A stretch of DNA of 64,000 nt from Dehalogenimonas sp. (GCA_050864255.1 JBOWAX010000005.1:27906-91905), one strand, 5' to 3'. Counted from the first letter of the stretch, positions 39,259 to 49,922 are shown. Program-made: numbers and translations. The notes: generated by a model not told the origin, from the sequence alone.

Positions 39259-39966
39259 TTATTGTGGTTTGTTGTTGGATATAGTCTGGGGATTTTTGTT
39301 ATCCAAGGATGTGGCAATAGCCGGGCTTGTGCCCCGTTCTATGGCATAACGCAGAAGTTCACTCTGGTTAGCGAACCCCAGTTTTTGCATGACATTGGCT
39401 CGGTGAGAGTCAACCGTCCGAACACTGATAAAAAGCCTCTTGGCTATCTCTGTTCTGGATAACCCCTGGGCGGTCAAGAATAGCGTCTGTCTTTCTCGGG
39501 AGCTGAGTCGTTCGTAAGGGTCATCCTGTGCCTTTCGTGAAGCTTCCCGCATATAACCATTGAAGGCCAGTTCTGAAAGGCTTTTGCTGAGATAGTGCCT
39601 TCCCTGGGTCACCTCATTGATGGCCTCAAAAAGGTCGGTGGATAAAGCGTCCTTGAGGACATATCCTAATACCCCGCTACGCAATGCACTTTGCACATAG
39701 TTTTCATTATTGTGCATTGTTAAAATAATGACTGCGGTTCCTAAACGTTGTTTGATGACCTCTTGTCCCAATTCAATGCCGGAAATATCAGGCAGAATCA
39801 GATCTGTGATTAAAACGTTTGGGCGTAACTTCCGGGCTAGAATAAGTGACTCGTTACCGGTTCCGGACTCACCGACAATTTTGAACATTGGCTCTGATTC
39901 CAGCATGCAGCGCAACGCGGCCCGCACCAAATGATGATCATCACATAATTGGATAGTAATACTCAT
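39259..39966 (-). CDS. NarL/LuxR-family response regulator
   Basis: ITIQLCDDHH, NVLITDLILPDISG (canonical Asp), and a LuxR HTH (LSSRERQTLFLTAQGLSRTEIA). Confidence 0.88.
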   Translation of the reverse strand: MSITIQLCDDHHLVRAALRCMLESEPMFKIVGESGTGNESLILARKLRPNVLITDLILPDISGIELGQEVIKQRLGTAVIILTMHNNENYVQSALRSGVLGYVLKDALSTDLFEAINEVTQGRHYLSKSLSELAFNGYMREASRKAQDDPYERLSSRERQTLFLTAQGLSRTEIAKRLFISVRTVDSHRANVMQKLGFANQSELLRYAIERGTSPAIATSLDNKNPQTISNNKPQ

Positions 39967-40312
39967 AAGTTCTACCTATGCATGCAAAATGACATTAACA
40001 TCCTTAGTCCACAATACAACTAATCTATCCGAAATTCAAGCCCATTTTTACATTATTTTCACTACCAATTGTTAGACATGTTGGTTTTTCTACGTACTTT
40101 ACAGGTCTAACATAGGTGCCGGGGGTCTGGTTACGTATGGTAAGGTCTGAATAATTACGTAAATCCTTGCAGACATATAGGTAATTTGCGGATTTTGCGG
40201 ATGGAGCAGGCTGAGTATCATGGGTCGTAGTGTGAAATAGGTGAACGCTGGTGTTTGACCTTTTCGCCAAGAATTTAAAAATCTGGTAATGAATCGAACT
40301 GGAGTTGATGAG

Positions 40313-43300
40313 ATGAAAACAAAATCGACAAGAAGTAAAATTGTAAACTTTCTACTGGCAATCGGGATTGTTTTTGGTTTGTTGGTGTCTCCAATTCCAG
40401 GGCCGGAAGGCCGGGTTTCGGCCCAACCCATTCCCTCCGTACCAATAAACGTCGGGATTATTATTGACGAAGGATATCCTGGTTCAAGTATAGACAGTGA
40501 CTTATTTGTTAGTCTTGAGCGGGTGCTCGAATTTAACCGGTTGCCATGGGAAACCTTGGATGTCTCAGACGGTCAGGATCTCACTCTGCAGGATGGTGAT
40601 GGCAATCCTTTGTTCTCCACTCTGGTCATCATGGCGCCGGGATTTAGGATTAACACTGCACAAAGCGAAAGCATAGTCTCGGTTGCCACGGATCCAGTGG
40701 TTGGAACTGGTCTGGTCAGCCTCGGCACGAACTTTGTGAATCAAATCCTTGCCCCATTATTTGGAATAGATGCCTTGGGCAATGAAAGTGTATGGCTTCC
40801 TTCAAGCGGTGTTGTGTTTGGAGATGAGAATGGCTTTACCCTTTCGTATTCCGAGGAAACGATTAATCAACCTGGAATTGGTTTCATTGATCATACTGTG
40901 AATGAAGGTGCGGCAATAGTCGCTACCCATATCACATCAGAAAAACCCGCAATCTGGACTTATGATAATTCCAATGGTGCAAACACGGTGTTCTTCAACG
41001 AAAACGGAATGAATGCCTGGTATATGCAGGGCTTGTTGTTGCAGAGTATCCTGTATACGATGCCGGTCGGTTTGGGATCACCGGTTAATGCAGGCGCCAT
41101 TCAGATAGACGACAGCCCTCGCAGTTACTATAGTCCTGAAGGTCTTCAGTCTACCCACTATGATTTTATCTCCAACTTCCTCAAGTTTATTGAAGCCTAC
41201 AATCTGGGAGCTTCTGCCTTTATCTCATTCTCTTACAGCTACGATATTGATTCTTTCTGGGCATATCCTCAATCTGTTGAGGGTGTCTACCAGTACTTGG
41301 CGGCTGGCGTCGAAATTGGGCTGCATTGCGGCACGATACATATGCCGCTGGCGCTTGGGGATTTGTACCCTTGGCTAGGACAAGAAGGTCTTAATGCTGA
41401 AGTGACCGCTATTATGGCGGCATTTGACGAGCTTTCAGCACAGCTACTTGAGGAATATGACGTTGTTTTTAGCCCTTCAGATATCCTGTCTTATGTTGCC
41501 GCCTCAAATAACATAGACAGCGCGGGATATCAGGCGATAGATACTCTGACTGATATTAAATATGTCAGCACTGAATTTTCTCTGGATGAAGGGACAAGAG
41601 GCGGGGGAACCGGTGTAATCAGTCCGGAATATCCCAGCGGCTTCCCCGTCACCTGGAGAGATTTTGGTTTTGAAGAGGGGACTCTGCTCTATAACCTGCC
41701 GCGATCACAAGCAAACTTTGCCGTCTTTGCACCCAACACCGATCCTGCTTCACGCACCGCCGCCTTTGCTAATTTACAGTGTCTTATTGAGAGTGGACAA
41801 CCGTATCTGATTTTTTCCCACCCGGACGAAAATGTAATCATGCTTCCCAATACCACGATGGATCAGGTCTTTATGGGTTACACTGCGTTCGCGGACTTTG
41901 TTGTGCAATACCCATTTTATCGTTGGCTGAAAACTGCGGAACTTGGCGGTATATTGGATGCCCGCGCGCCAACCCTCAACGCCAGATGGCTGCCGGGTAG
42001 CAGTACGCTTGAGATTATGGATTACGTCGCCGCTGAGGCTTTGCAAGTCAAAACGTCGTTCTTCCTTACTGAGGTTGCTCTTGACGGAACCACGTTGAGC
42101 TTAACCTTTGGCGACACCGATACCGGATACAATGCACCAGCTGCTTACGATATTGTGAAAACTGGCAACAATTTCTTTATATATCAGAATGGGGCCGTTG
42201 AAAATATGCCGACAACCCCAAGCGCCCCCTTTGTATTTGAGTATTCTGCAGCTCCAGTAGTTGAGACAGACTCTGTCACCAATATCGAGGAAACCACCGC
42301 TGTACTCAACGGTACCCTTAGCAGTTTGGGTAGCGGTGATAGCGTGGATGTTCACTTTGAATGGGGTTTAACACCCAGCTTCGAGAACTCCATCATCGCC
42401 GAATCCTCACCGATGACTGCTACCGGTTCTTTCAGCGCTGCGATTTCCGGTTTGGAATCCGGGACGAATTACTTTTACCGGGCTGTGGCCTCGGCTGAAG
42501 GCTTATCTATCGGTGCAACCGTATCCTTCGTCACCGGTGGTACACCTAAAACTACTATTACGGGCGTGGTCTATGAATTTGGCGGTTCGGTACCGATTGC
42601 AGGGGCCACCATCACCGTAAACGATGAAGTACAGACAAACCTTACGGATGAGAATGGCCGTTACACAGTGAATGTGGCACCTCCCGTCAGCCCCTATACC
42701 TATACCATTGGCGTCAGTAAAACTGGTTATCAGACGGAATCTCAAACTGTTGAAGTCGTGATAACCAATTACTATGTAGTTGATTTCACCGGAGTTCATG
42801 CATTATCAGCGCTGGCTCCACCAGCCGTAGCACAAAGCCATGAGAATCAGACTGTTCAGTACGGCTCAGATGCCATATTTACGGCAACAGCCACCGGCGT
42901 ACCGGCGCTCACGGCACAATGGCAGGTAAGTGCCGACAGCGGCGCCAATTGGGCTACTGTAGGACTTGGTGTCAATACCGTCTTATCGGCTGATCGAGGA
43001 ACCGTAACCACGCTGACGATAACCAAACCAACGGTTGACATGACTGGTAATCAATACCGTGTCATTTTCAGTAATACCTCTGGAGATGACGCTGTTACCG
43101 CCGCGGCAAGTTTAACGGTAGAACCCAGACCAATCACGGTGACCGCGGATGCTCAGACCAAAATATATGGAAATGATGATCCTGAATATACCTACAAAGT
43201 AACCGTAGGGGTGTTGGTTACCGGGGATAGCCTCAGCGGCGGCTTACTACGTGATGAGGGTGAACTGGTTGGAACCTACGCCATTCAACAGGGCGACTTG

Positions 43301-44680
43301 AACGAATTAAGCGGCAACTATGCTTTGACCTACGTCGGGGCTGATTTAACCATTGTCCAAAGGCCATTAACCGTCATCGGTATTACCGCGGAGAACAAAG
43401 AGTACGATGGAAACACCGACGCCGTAATTAACACAGCCTCTGCAGCACTGGGAGGTGTTATTACCGGTGATAGCGGCAATGTCACCCTTACAATCGAGGC
43501 ACCTGTGGGTGTCTTTGAAAACAAAAACGCCGGTATGGACAAGGCAGTTTTGGTTTCCGGCATGTCCATCGAGGGGTCGGCAATTGGCAACTATGTTCTG
43601 AATCAGCCAACCGCTACTGCGGATATAACCGCTAAGGAACTAACGGTTGATGGAACATTTACTGCCGAAAATAAGATATATGATGGCAGTATCATGGCTG
43701 TTGTGGCGGACAATCAACTGACCCTTGTTGGTATATTGGATGGGGAAATAGTGACCCTCTCAGCTGTCGTCAGTTTCGCCGATGCAAATGCTAGTACTAC
43801 CCCCAAACCAGTTAGCCTGACTTCAGATTCCAATCTGGGTGGGGCTGATGGAGGCAACTATGTACTGTCGTTCATAGACGCACCAACAACTACCGCGAAC
43901 ATTACGCCAGCTACAGTAATGCCAACGGTCACTGTGGAGGATAAAATCTTTGATGGTACCACTGCAGCAACTATTCTCACCAGAACTCTCTCCGGGGTCA
44001 TTGGTGATGATGTTGTCTCCTTGACGGGCGGTACCGCTGCTTTTGACACCCCGGATGTCGGGAATGACAAAACAGTTTCCGTCACCGGGCTTACCCTGAG
44101 CGGGGGAGCTGCCGGCAACTACATATTGTCATCAAATAGTACTATGACCACTGCAGATATCACGCCGACTGAATACCAAACAGATTTGGAGCTGGTTGAA
44201 GGCTGGAACTTTATAGGTTTACCGTTAACCCCGGCATCAACCGCCATCGGTGATGTCTTAATGTCTATTAATGACAAGGTGGTTTCCGTTTGGGCTTATG
44301 ACGGTACCGAATGGTTCTTTTATATCCCAGGTTCCCAGTTTTCCACTCTTGCTCAAATGAACGTTGGCCATGGCTATTGGGTGAACCTTAACGCTCAGGC
44401 TACTCTAACAATTACTGGCACCCCGCAAGCTGTTTCAGCCATTGAGCTGGGAACCGGGTGGAATCTAGTAAGTCTGCCCAGCGCTCCCAGCAATCCAGCC
44501 ATTGATACTGTCTTAAGTGGCATCATCGGCGGCGTTGTTTCGGTTTGGTGTTATGACGGGGTCACTAATACTTGGACATTCTTTATTCCCGATTCTGTTT
44601 TTTCTACATTGACTGAAATGACTCAGGGAAAATCATATTGGGTCAATATGTCTGCGAGTGGCACTCTGAATATAAGTTAG
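40313..44680 (+). CDS. Giant secreted multidomain surface protein: ~600-aa putative polysaccharide-deacetylase-like module plus adhesin-type domains
   Basis: Signal peptide MKTKSTRSKIVNFLLAIGIVFGLLVSP...VSAQ. The shared module carries IQIDDSP, LHCGTIH and LIFSHP. It is followed by an FN3-like 'EWGLT' domain, a CarboxypepD_reg-like domain, an Ig-like domain, one MBG-like and three YDG-like repeats, and two C-terminal ~80-aa repeats. Confidence 0.85.
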   Translation: MKTKSTRSKIVNFLLAIGIVFGLLVSPIPGPEGRVSAQPIPSVPINVGIIIDEGYPGSSIDSDLFVSLERVLEFNRLPWETLDVSDGQDLTLQDGDGNPLFSTLVIMAPGFRINTAQSESIVSVATDPVVGTGLVSLGTNFVNQILAPLFGIDALGNESVWLPSSGVVFGDENGFTLSYSEETINQPGIGFIDHTVNEGAAIVATHITSEKPAIWTYDNSNGANTVFFNENGMNAWYMQGLLLQSILYTMPVGLGSPVNAGAIQIDDSPRSYYSPEGLQSTHYDFISNFLKFIEAYNLGASAFISFSYSYDIDSFWAYPQSVEGVYQYLAAGVEIGLHCGTIHMPLALGDLYPWLGQEGLNAEVTAIMAAFDELSAQLLEEYDVVFSPSDILSYVAASNNIDSAGYQAIDTLTDIKYVSTEFSLDEGTRGGGTGVISPEYPSGFPVTWRDFGFEEGTLLYNLPRSQANFAVFAPNTDPASRTAAFANLQCLIESGQPYLIFSHPDENVIMLPNTTMDQVFMGYTAFADFVVQYPFYRWLKTAELGGILDARAPTLNARWLPGSSTLEIMDYVAAEALQVKTSFFLTEVALDGTTLSLTFGDTDTGYNAPAAYDIVKTGNNFFIYQNGAVENMPTTPSAPFVFEYSAAPVVETDSVTNIEETTAVLNGTLSSLGSGDSVDVHFEWGLTPSFENSIIAESSPMTATGSFSAAISGLESGTNYFYRAVASAEGLSIGATVSFVTGGTPKTTITGVVYEFGGSVPIAGATITVNDEVQTNLTDENGRYTVNVAPPVSPYTYTIGVSKTGYQTESQTVEVVITNYYVVDFTGVHALSALAPPAVAQSHENQTVQYGSDAIFTATATGVPALTAQWQVSADSGANWATVGLGVNTVLSADRGTVTTLTITKPTVDMTGNQYRVIFSNTSGDDAVTAAASLTVEPRPITVTADAQTKIYGNDDPEYTYKVTVGVLVTGDSLSGGLLRDEGELVGTYAIQQGDLNELSGNYALTYVGADLTIVQRPLTVIGITAENKEYDGNTDAVINTASAALGGVITGDSGNVTLTIEAPVGVFENKNAGMDKAVLVSGMSIEGSAIGNYVLNQPTATADITAKELTVDGTFTAENKIYDGSIMAVVADNQLTLVGILDGEIVTLSAVVSFADANASTTPKPVSLTSDSNLGGADGGNYVLSFIDAPTTTANITPATVMPTVTVEDKIFDGTTAATILTRTLSGVIGDDVVSLTGGTAAFDTPDVGNDKTVSVTGLTLSGGAAGNYILSSNSTMTTADITPTEYQTDLELVEGWNFIGLPLTPASTAIGDVLMSINDKVVSVWAYDGTEWFFYIPGSQFSTLAQMNVGHGYWVNLNAQATLTITGTPQAVSAIELGTGWNLVSLPSAPSNPAIDTVLSGIIGGVVSVWCYDGVTNTWTFFIPDSVFSTLTEMTQGKSYWVNMSASGTLNIS

Positions 44681-44719
44681 CAACAACGGTTTATCTGAAT
44701 AGACGAAGTGAGGTTTAAA

Positions 44720-46309
44720 ATGAAGCAGATTTTTAGAGGGGTTTTCGCGGTACTATTAGGCATATTGATATTGCCTGTCGTTGGCGTTTTTGCTCAGGGA
44801 CTACCGATACCCTATATTTTCTCGGGAACTGTGACTGTTGACGGGGCACCGGCTCAAGACGGGCTTTCTGTAACGAGCAGTCTTGGCGGCAGCGGCAGTA
44901 CCCTCGGTGGAGAATATACCTTGCTCATCGACACAGCCGGCATGACCGGTGATGCTGTGAGTTTCAGTGTAAATGGATTGCCGGCCGGTTCAACTACGCT
45001 GGGATCCAGAGGGGAAGAGAAGAATTTTGATCTCTCAACGACTACTCCTGTTGTTCAGTATACATTAAATATAAGCAGCTCGGCAGGAGGGACGACCTCA
45101 CCCGGAACCGGTACACACACTTATAATTCAGGCACGGTCGTGAATGTGACGGCAACCCCTAGCGCTGGTTACGAATTTGCCAGTTGGACTGGGCCGGTGG
45201 CTAATGCCGGATCGGCGTCGACTACTGTAACCATGGATGGTAATAAAAGTATAGCCGCCAACTTTACTGTTGTTGGTCCGGTTATCACTTATGATCTCAC
45301 GATTGCCAGTTCCAGCGGTGGAAGCACATCTCCCGTAAGCGGAACGTACACCCATAATTCTGGCTCGATAGTGACAGTGACAGCATATCCTGATTCCGGA
45401 TATGAGTTTGCCGGTTGGAACGGGCCGGTGGCTAATTCTGGTTCGGCTTCTACCACCGTGACCATGGATGGTGATAAAAGTGTATCTGCCAATTTTACCG
45501 AGATTGTGATAATTATTGATGATATTGAAACTTTTGATCTTTCCATCGCCAGTTCGGTCGGAGGGACGACCTCACCCGGAAGTGGCGTTCATACTTATGA
45601 ATCCGGCACGGTTGTGTCACTAACAGCAATCCCAAGCACCGGGTTTGAATTTGGTGGATGGGACGGACCGGTGCTCAATGTCGGTTTGCCTTCAACCAGC
45701 GTCACGATGGACAGCAACAGGAGCGTTACTGCCAACTTTACTATAATTCCTGCCGTGACCTACGAACTGACGATTGCCAGTTCCCCGGGCGGGACAACGT
45801 CACCCATCGCCGGCGTTCATGTTTTTGATTCTGGCGCCGTGGTATCAGTTTCTGCTAATCCTTTAAGTGGTTATGAATTTATCAATTGGAGTGGGGCGGT
45901 AGCCGAATCCACTTCAGCCACGACCACTGTCACTATGGACAGCAACAAGAGCGTTACTGCCAACTTCACTATAATTCCTGCCGTGACTTACGAACTGACG
46001 ATTGGGAGTTCCGCCGGCGGATCCGTCTCACTTGCCGCCGGTACTTATACCTACGAACCAGGTGACATAGTCACCTTAACCGCAAATCCAAACCCCGGCT
46101 ACGAATTCACCAGTTGGAGCGGGCCAGTGACTAACGCCGGTTCAGCTACCACCACCGTGACGATTGATGGGAATGTGAGTGTAACTCCTCACTTTGTAGC
46201 AGTCGCCGCTTCCTCAAGCGGGACAAATTGGTTGGTCATTGGTATCATCGCCGTCGCCGCGGTCTTGGTACTTGGTTTTGTCGTTCTAAACGTCCGCAGA
46301 CGCTATTAA
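44720..46309 (+). CDS. Surface protein with five divergent InlB-B-repeat-like modules and a C-terminal TM anchor
   Basis: Signal peptide. The pattern Y(D/E)LTI.SS.GG.TSP..G.H.Y.SG..V.VTA.P..GYEF..W.GPV....S..TTVTMD..KSV.ANF occurs five times. The tail is NWLVIGIIAVAAVLVLGFVVLNVRRRY. Confidence 0.85.
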   Translation: MKQIFRGVFAVLLGILILPVVGVFAQGLPIPYIFSGTVTVDGAPAQDGLSVTSSLGGSGSTLGGEYTLLIDTAGMTGDAVSFSVNGLPAGSTTLGSRGEEKNFDLSTTTPVVQYTLNISSSAGGTTSPGTGTHTYNSGTVVNVTATPSAGYEFASWTGPVANAGSASTTVTMDGNKSIAANFTVVGPVITYDLTIASSSGGSTSPVSGTYTHNSGSIVTVTAYPDSGYEFAGWNGPVANSGSASTTVTMDGDKSVSANFTEIVIIIDDIETFDLSIASSVGGTTSPGSGVHTYESGTVVSLTAIPSTGFEFGGWDGPVLNVGLPSTSVTMDSNRSVTANFTIIPAVTYELTIASSPGGTTSPIAGVHVFDSGAVVSVSANPLSGYEFINWSGAVAESTSATTTVTMDSNKSVTANFTIIPAVTYELTIGSSAGGSVSLAAGTYTYEPGDIVTLTANPNPGYEFTSWSGPVTNAGSATTTVTIDGNVSVTPHFVAVAASSSGTNWLVIGIIAVAAVLVLGFVVLNVRRRY

Positions 46310-46320
46310 TAGTTCAATGT

Positions 46321-46352
46321 ACGCGACGGGGCTTATTGATGCCCCGTCGCGT
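46321..46352 (+). terminator. Hairpin terminator after the 44720-46309 gene
   Basis: 12-bp stem ACGCGACGGGGC / GCCCCGTCGCGT with an 8-nt loop, followed by TTCTGG (weak T-tract). Confidence 0.5.
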
Positions 46353-46562
46353 TTCTGGAAGACAAGTATTGTTAAGACTACCTAATTCCCTTACCACAGA
46401 TTACGCAATCGCTTGCTGCTATTTAAGTAATCTACGGATTACATAATATGCTGTATTTTATTATCATCATAGTAGGCTAATGTAGCAATAGTAGATTGAG
46501 TCACGGTTTGCTGTTGTTTCAGCAAATTAGCTTTTTATCAGTAGTTTACACAAAGGAACAAG

Positions 46563-49500
46563 ATGGAAATAGTGAAAGGGTGTCTGCGCCACGGATACCG
46601 CATTCTATTAATCTCGGTAATGATATTCGGAAATTGGAGTGTGTTGCCCGTTTCAGCGGCTGAGGATACCGCAGAGGCAAGTCGGCTTTTACCTTCCGGT
46701 CCTTTCATTCAGGGAGATAGTTTCATTGTACATATCGATTTTGTCGCTCCTATCGGAGAAGGCGACGGGATTTATGATATTGAACTATGTGATTCAGCTC
46801 CTGATGGTTGGGCGGTGTCAAACCCTGATTTTTCGCCGAAACCCAAGTCATTCACGGTGGCAGGTAATACGGTCACATGTAATTGGGATGCCCCGCCGGG
46901 CAAAAAAAATACAGCTTATTCTGAGGGTACTCAATTCAGTGTTTCTTATTCTGTTACAATCCCGTTAGCCACCGTTCCAAATACCGGGATCTTCTATGGT
47001 AGTTTGTTATATCATACCGGTAAAAAAGGGGTCATTAATGAGGTCATTAGTGGTGGGGACTCTGTTTCTGTGGAGGAACTACCAGTGGATTCGCCGGAAG
47101 CGTCTACCTTAGGGGCGACGGTAATTACGGCCACTTCAGCCGTTTTGAACGGAAATATCAGCAGTCTCGGCACAGCCTCTTCCATCTTGGTTAATTTTGA
47201 ATGGGGACTAACTTCAGTCTACGGTTACTCCACTTTAGACCAGGTAACGACTGCAACGGGAAGCATTAACGCCATAATAACTGGTCTGTCGCCTGACACT
47301 ATATATCATTTTCGTATAAGAGCCATGGGGGATGGAGAAGTGATTGGCGCAGATCAGGTGTTTGTCACAAGTCCGATCAGCATCGTTCCACCTTCGGTCA
47401 CTACTTCCCTGGCTGATGAGGTAACGACCGGTTCTGCCGTTTTGAATGGCCACATCAGCAGTCTTGGCACAGCACCCAGCGTTCTGGTTAATTTTGAGTG
47501 GGGACTCACGCCCGCTTACGGCACCTCCACTGTGAGCCAGGTAATGGCGATTTCGGGCAGCTTCAGTAACGTTATAACCGACTTGGTGCCCAATACCACC
47601 TATCATTTCCGCGCACAGGCGATAGGCGCTGTTGAAGTAATTGGGGCTGATCAAACTTTTACCACTGCTGCTATGAATACTATAACACCTATCCCCAATC
47701 CAGAGCCTCCTGTATTTGAAAATCAGTTCATCATGCCATCCGAATTGGTTTTTCCGGTGAGGGTTGGGGTAATTGTTTTTGAAAGTTATCCCGGAGCAGG
47801 TTCGACTTCTGAAATGTATCAAAGCATTGAACAGGTGCTTGGTGCTAATAGAATACCTTGGGATGTCCTGGATATCACCGGCGGAAAGTCATTGGATTTG
47901 ACTGATGGAGGGGGTGTTCCTAAATATTCATGTCTGATTATATTGGCGCCCGGATTCATCATTAGCGATATTGATAGCTGGAGCATCATTAATTGTGCCA
48001 AATTAGGAACCGGCGTGGTCGGAGTGGCCCCGGACATGGTCAATTCAATTTTGGCGCCGGTTTTTGGCATTAGCAAACTTGGTGTTAACTGGATTGCATC
48101 GGATGGTATGCGCATTGAAGTAGATGAATTCACCTTTGCATATGCCGGAGAGATTATCAAGCAATCAGGGTCATCGTTGTTAGACCACCGATTAATGGTG
48201 GACTCGCTCATTATTGCCCGCGATGTTACGGCAGATAGACCGGCAATTTGGACACATCGATATGGTGCTTCCAAGAATGTATTTTTTAACGACACTGGAA
48301 TTCAATCCAGATATTTTCAGGGAATATTGCTACAAAGCATCCTTTATTCCATGCCGATGGGTTTGGGATCACCGGTGAATGCTGGTGCAGTGCAGGTTGA
48401 CGACACTCCACGGGCATATTATAGCTCTGAGTATTTACAGGAATTCTACTATGATTACCTCAACAATTTTATTGATTTCCTCGATGCCTATAATTTGACT
48501 TCAACGGTATATGTCGTGTTTTCATACTCGGGTCAGACGACTGACTTCTGGCTCTATCCTGAATCCGTGGAAGGGGTTTATAAATTCCTTGTACGCGGAG
48601 ACGAGATTGGATGGCACTGTGGTAACTATCACATCCCTTTAGTGACGGAGTATTGGGACGGAGAAACAGCGATAAATACTGAAATTAGCGCAACATTGCT
48701 CGCTGTTCAGAACCTGGCCCAACAACTTCAATCCAAATATGGGGTTGATTTGGGGAAGATAGTCTCCTACGTGCCGCCTATGAACGAGATCGGCAGTGAT
48801 GGTTATCAGGGTCTGGATGCACTTACCGATATCAAATACGTCGGTACCCAATATGATTTCGGTGTAGTTGATGATACTTCAACAATTTCCCATATTACTT
48901 ATGAAAACTTCGGCTGGGAAGCAGGAACGGAGATTTACAATTTGCCGCGGACGCAGGGTGATTTTTATACTTTTTCCGGCCAGGTAAGCACAGAAGATAC
49001 CAATAACGCTTGGGCTACCCTCAGAAGTGTGATTGAGAGCGGGCAAGCGTATCTTATATTTACTCATCCACCGGATGAAAATATTATGGATCCGACAAAA
49101 TACCCTGATTTTACCATGGCGGATTTATTCGAGGCCTATACCGTATGGGCGGATTATGTGATTACCAATTATCCATTTTATCGCTGGATGACGACTGCCG
49201 AGGTTGGCGGAATACTTGATTCTCGCGCCGTTTCTTTGAATTCGAGGTGGGTGATTGGTGAAAACACTTTGGAAATTATGGATTACTCGCCGGGTGAGGC
49301 TTTACAGATAAAAACCGCATTGTTTCTGCAAAGCATTAGTCTGGTGGGCACAACTCTAAAGCTATATTTTGGTGATTCCGTGGCGGATGTACTCTCGCCT
49401 GAGTACGATGTTATCAAGGAGGGGAACAATTATTTCATCTATCCTTCGGGTTCCAAGGATTCATTCCCAGTCATTCCTGGCACTCCGTTTGTTTTTGAAA

Positions 49501-49922
49501 ACACTGAACCGCCTGTGGTCGAGACTAATGGTGCTACCCACATCACCGATAAATCGGCAGTTCTGAATGGCCGGGTAAACGAGTTGGGTAGTGGTAAGGT
49601 GGTAGAAGTATTTTTTGAATGGGGTTTAACTCCTTCTTATGGCAATTTTACCGAGATTCAGACACTGAACAGCGTCGGTCCATTTGCTATGAACATTACC
49701 GGGTTGGAACATGGGGTTACCTATTATTTCAGAGCCAGGGCGAACGCCGAAGGAATATCCATCGGTACTGATGCAAGCTTGATACCGGTTGAGCAGACGA
49801 TAATATATAAACTTGGCTCATCATTTCCGGTTGTTTGGTTTGTATTTATCTGCGTATCCCTGGCGGCTGTATTCATCGTGTTAATTAATACTAGAAAGGC
49901 ATCATCAAGGTATATTGGCTAA
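46563..49922 (+). CDS. Giant surface protein, paralog of 40313-44680, with a C-terminal TM anchor
   Basis: Signal or anchor at the N-terminus, an N-terminal beta domain and two 'EWGLT' FN3-like domains. The same ~600-aa module follows (VQVDDTP, WHCGNYH, LIFTHP, YPFYRWMTTAEVGGILD), then a third EWGLT domain and a TM tail VVWFVFICVSLAAVFIVLINTRK. Confidence 0.85.
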   Translation: MEIVKGCLRHGYRILLISVMIFGNWSVLPVSAAEDTAEASRLLPSGPFIQGDSFIVHIDFVAPIGEGDGIYDIELCDSAPDGWAVSNPDFSPKPKSFTVAGNTVTCNWDAPPGKKNTAYSEGTQFSVSYSVTIPLATVPNTGIFYGSLLYHTGKKGVINEVISGGDSVSVEELPVDSPEASTLGATVITATSAVLNGNISSLGTASSILVNFEWGLTSVYGYSTLDQVTTATGSINAIITGLSPDTIYHFRIRAMGDGEVIGADQVFVTSPISIVPPSVTTSLADEVTTGSAVLNGHISSLGTAPSVLVNFEWGLTPAYGTSTVSQVMAISGSFSNVITDLVPNTTYHFRAQAIGAVEVIGADQTFTTAAMNTITPIPNPEPPVFENQFIMPSELVFPVRVGVIVFESYPGAGSTSEMYQSIEQVLGANRIPWDVLDITGGKSLDLTDGGGVPKYSCLIILAPGFIISDIDSWSIINCAKLGTGVVGVAPDMVNSILAPVFGISKLGVNWIASDGMRIEVDEFTFAYAGEIIKQSGSSLLDHRLMVDSLIIARDVTADRPAIWTHRYGASKNVFFNDTGIQSRYFQGILLQSILYSMPMGLGSPVNAGAVQVDDTPRAYYSSEYLQEFYYDYLNNFIDFLDAYNLTSTVYVVFSYSGQTTDFWLYPESVEGVYKFLVRGDEIGWHCGNYHIPLVTEYWDGETAINTEISATLLAVQNLAQQLQSKYGVDLGKIVSYVPPMNEIGSDGYQGLDALTDIKYVGTQYDFGVVDDTSTISHITYENFGWEAGTEIYNLPRTQGDFYTFSGQVSTEDTNNAWATLRSVIESGQAYLIFTHPPDENIMDPTKYPDFTMADLFEAYTVWADYVITNYPFYRWMTTAEVGGILDSRAVSLNSRWVIGENTLEIMDYSPGEALQIKTALFLQSISLVGTTLKLYFGDSVADVLSPEYDVIKEGNNYFIYPSGSKDSFPVIPGTPFVFENTEPPVVETNGATHITDKSAVLNGRVNELGSGKVVEVFFEWGLTPSYGNFTEIQTLNSVGPFAMNITGLEHGVTYYFRARANAEGISIGTDASLIPVEQTIIYKLGSSFPVVWFVFICVSLAAVFIVLINTRKASSRYIG

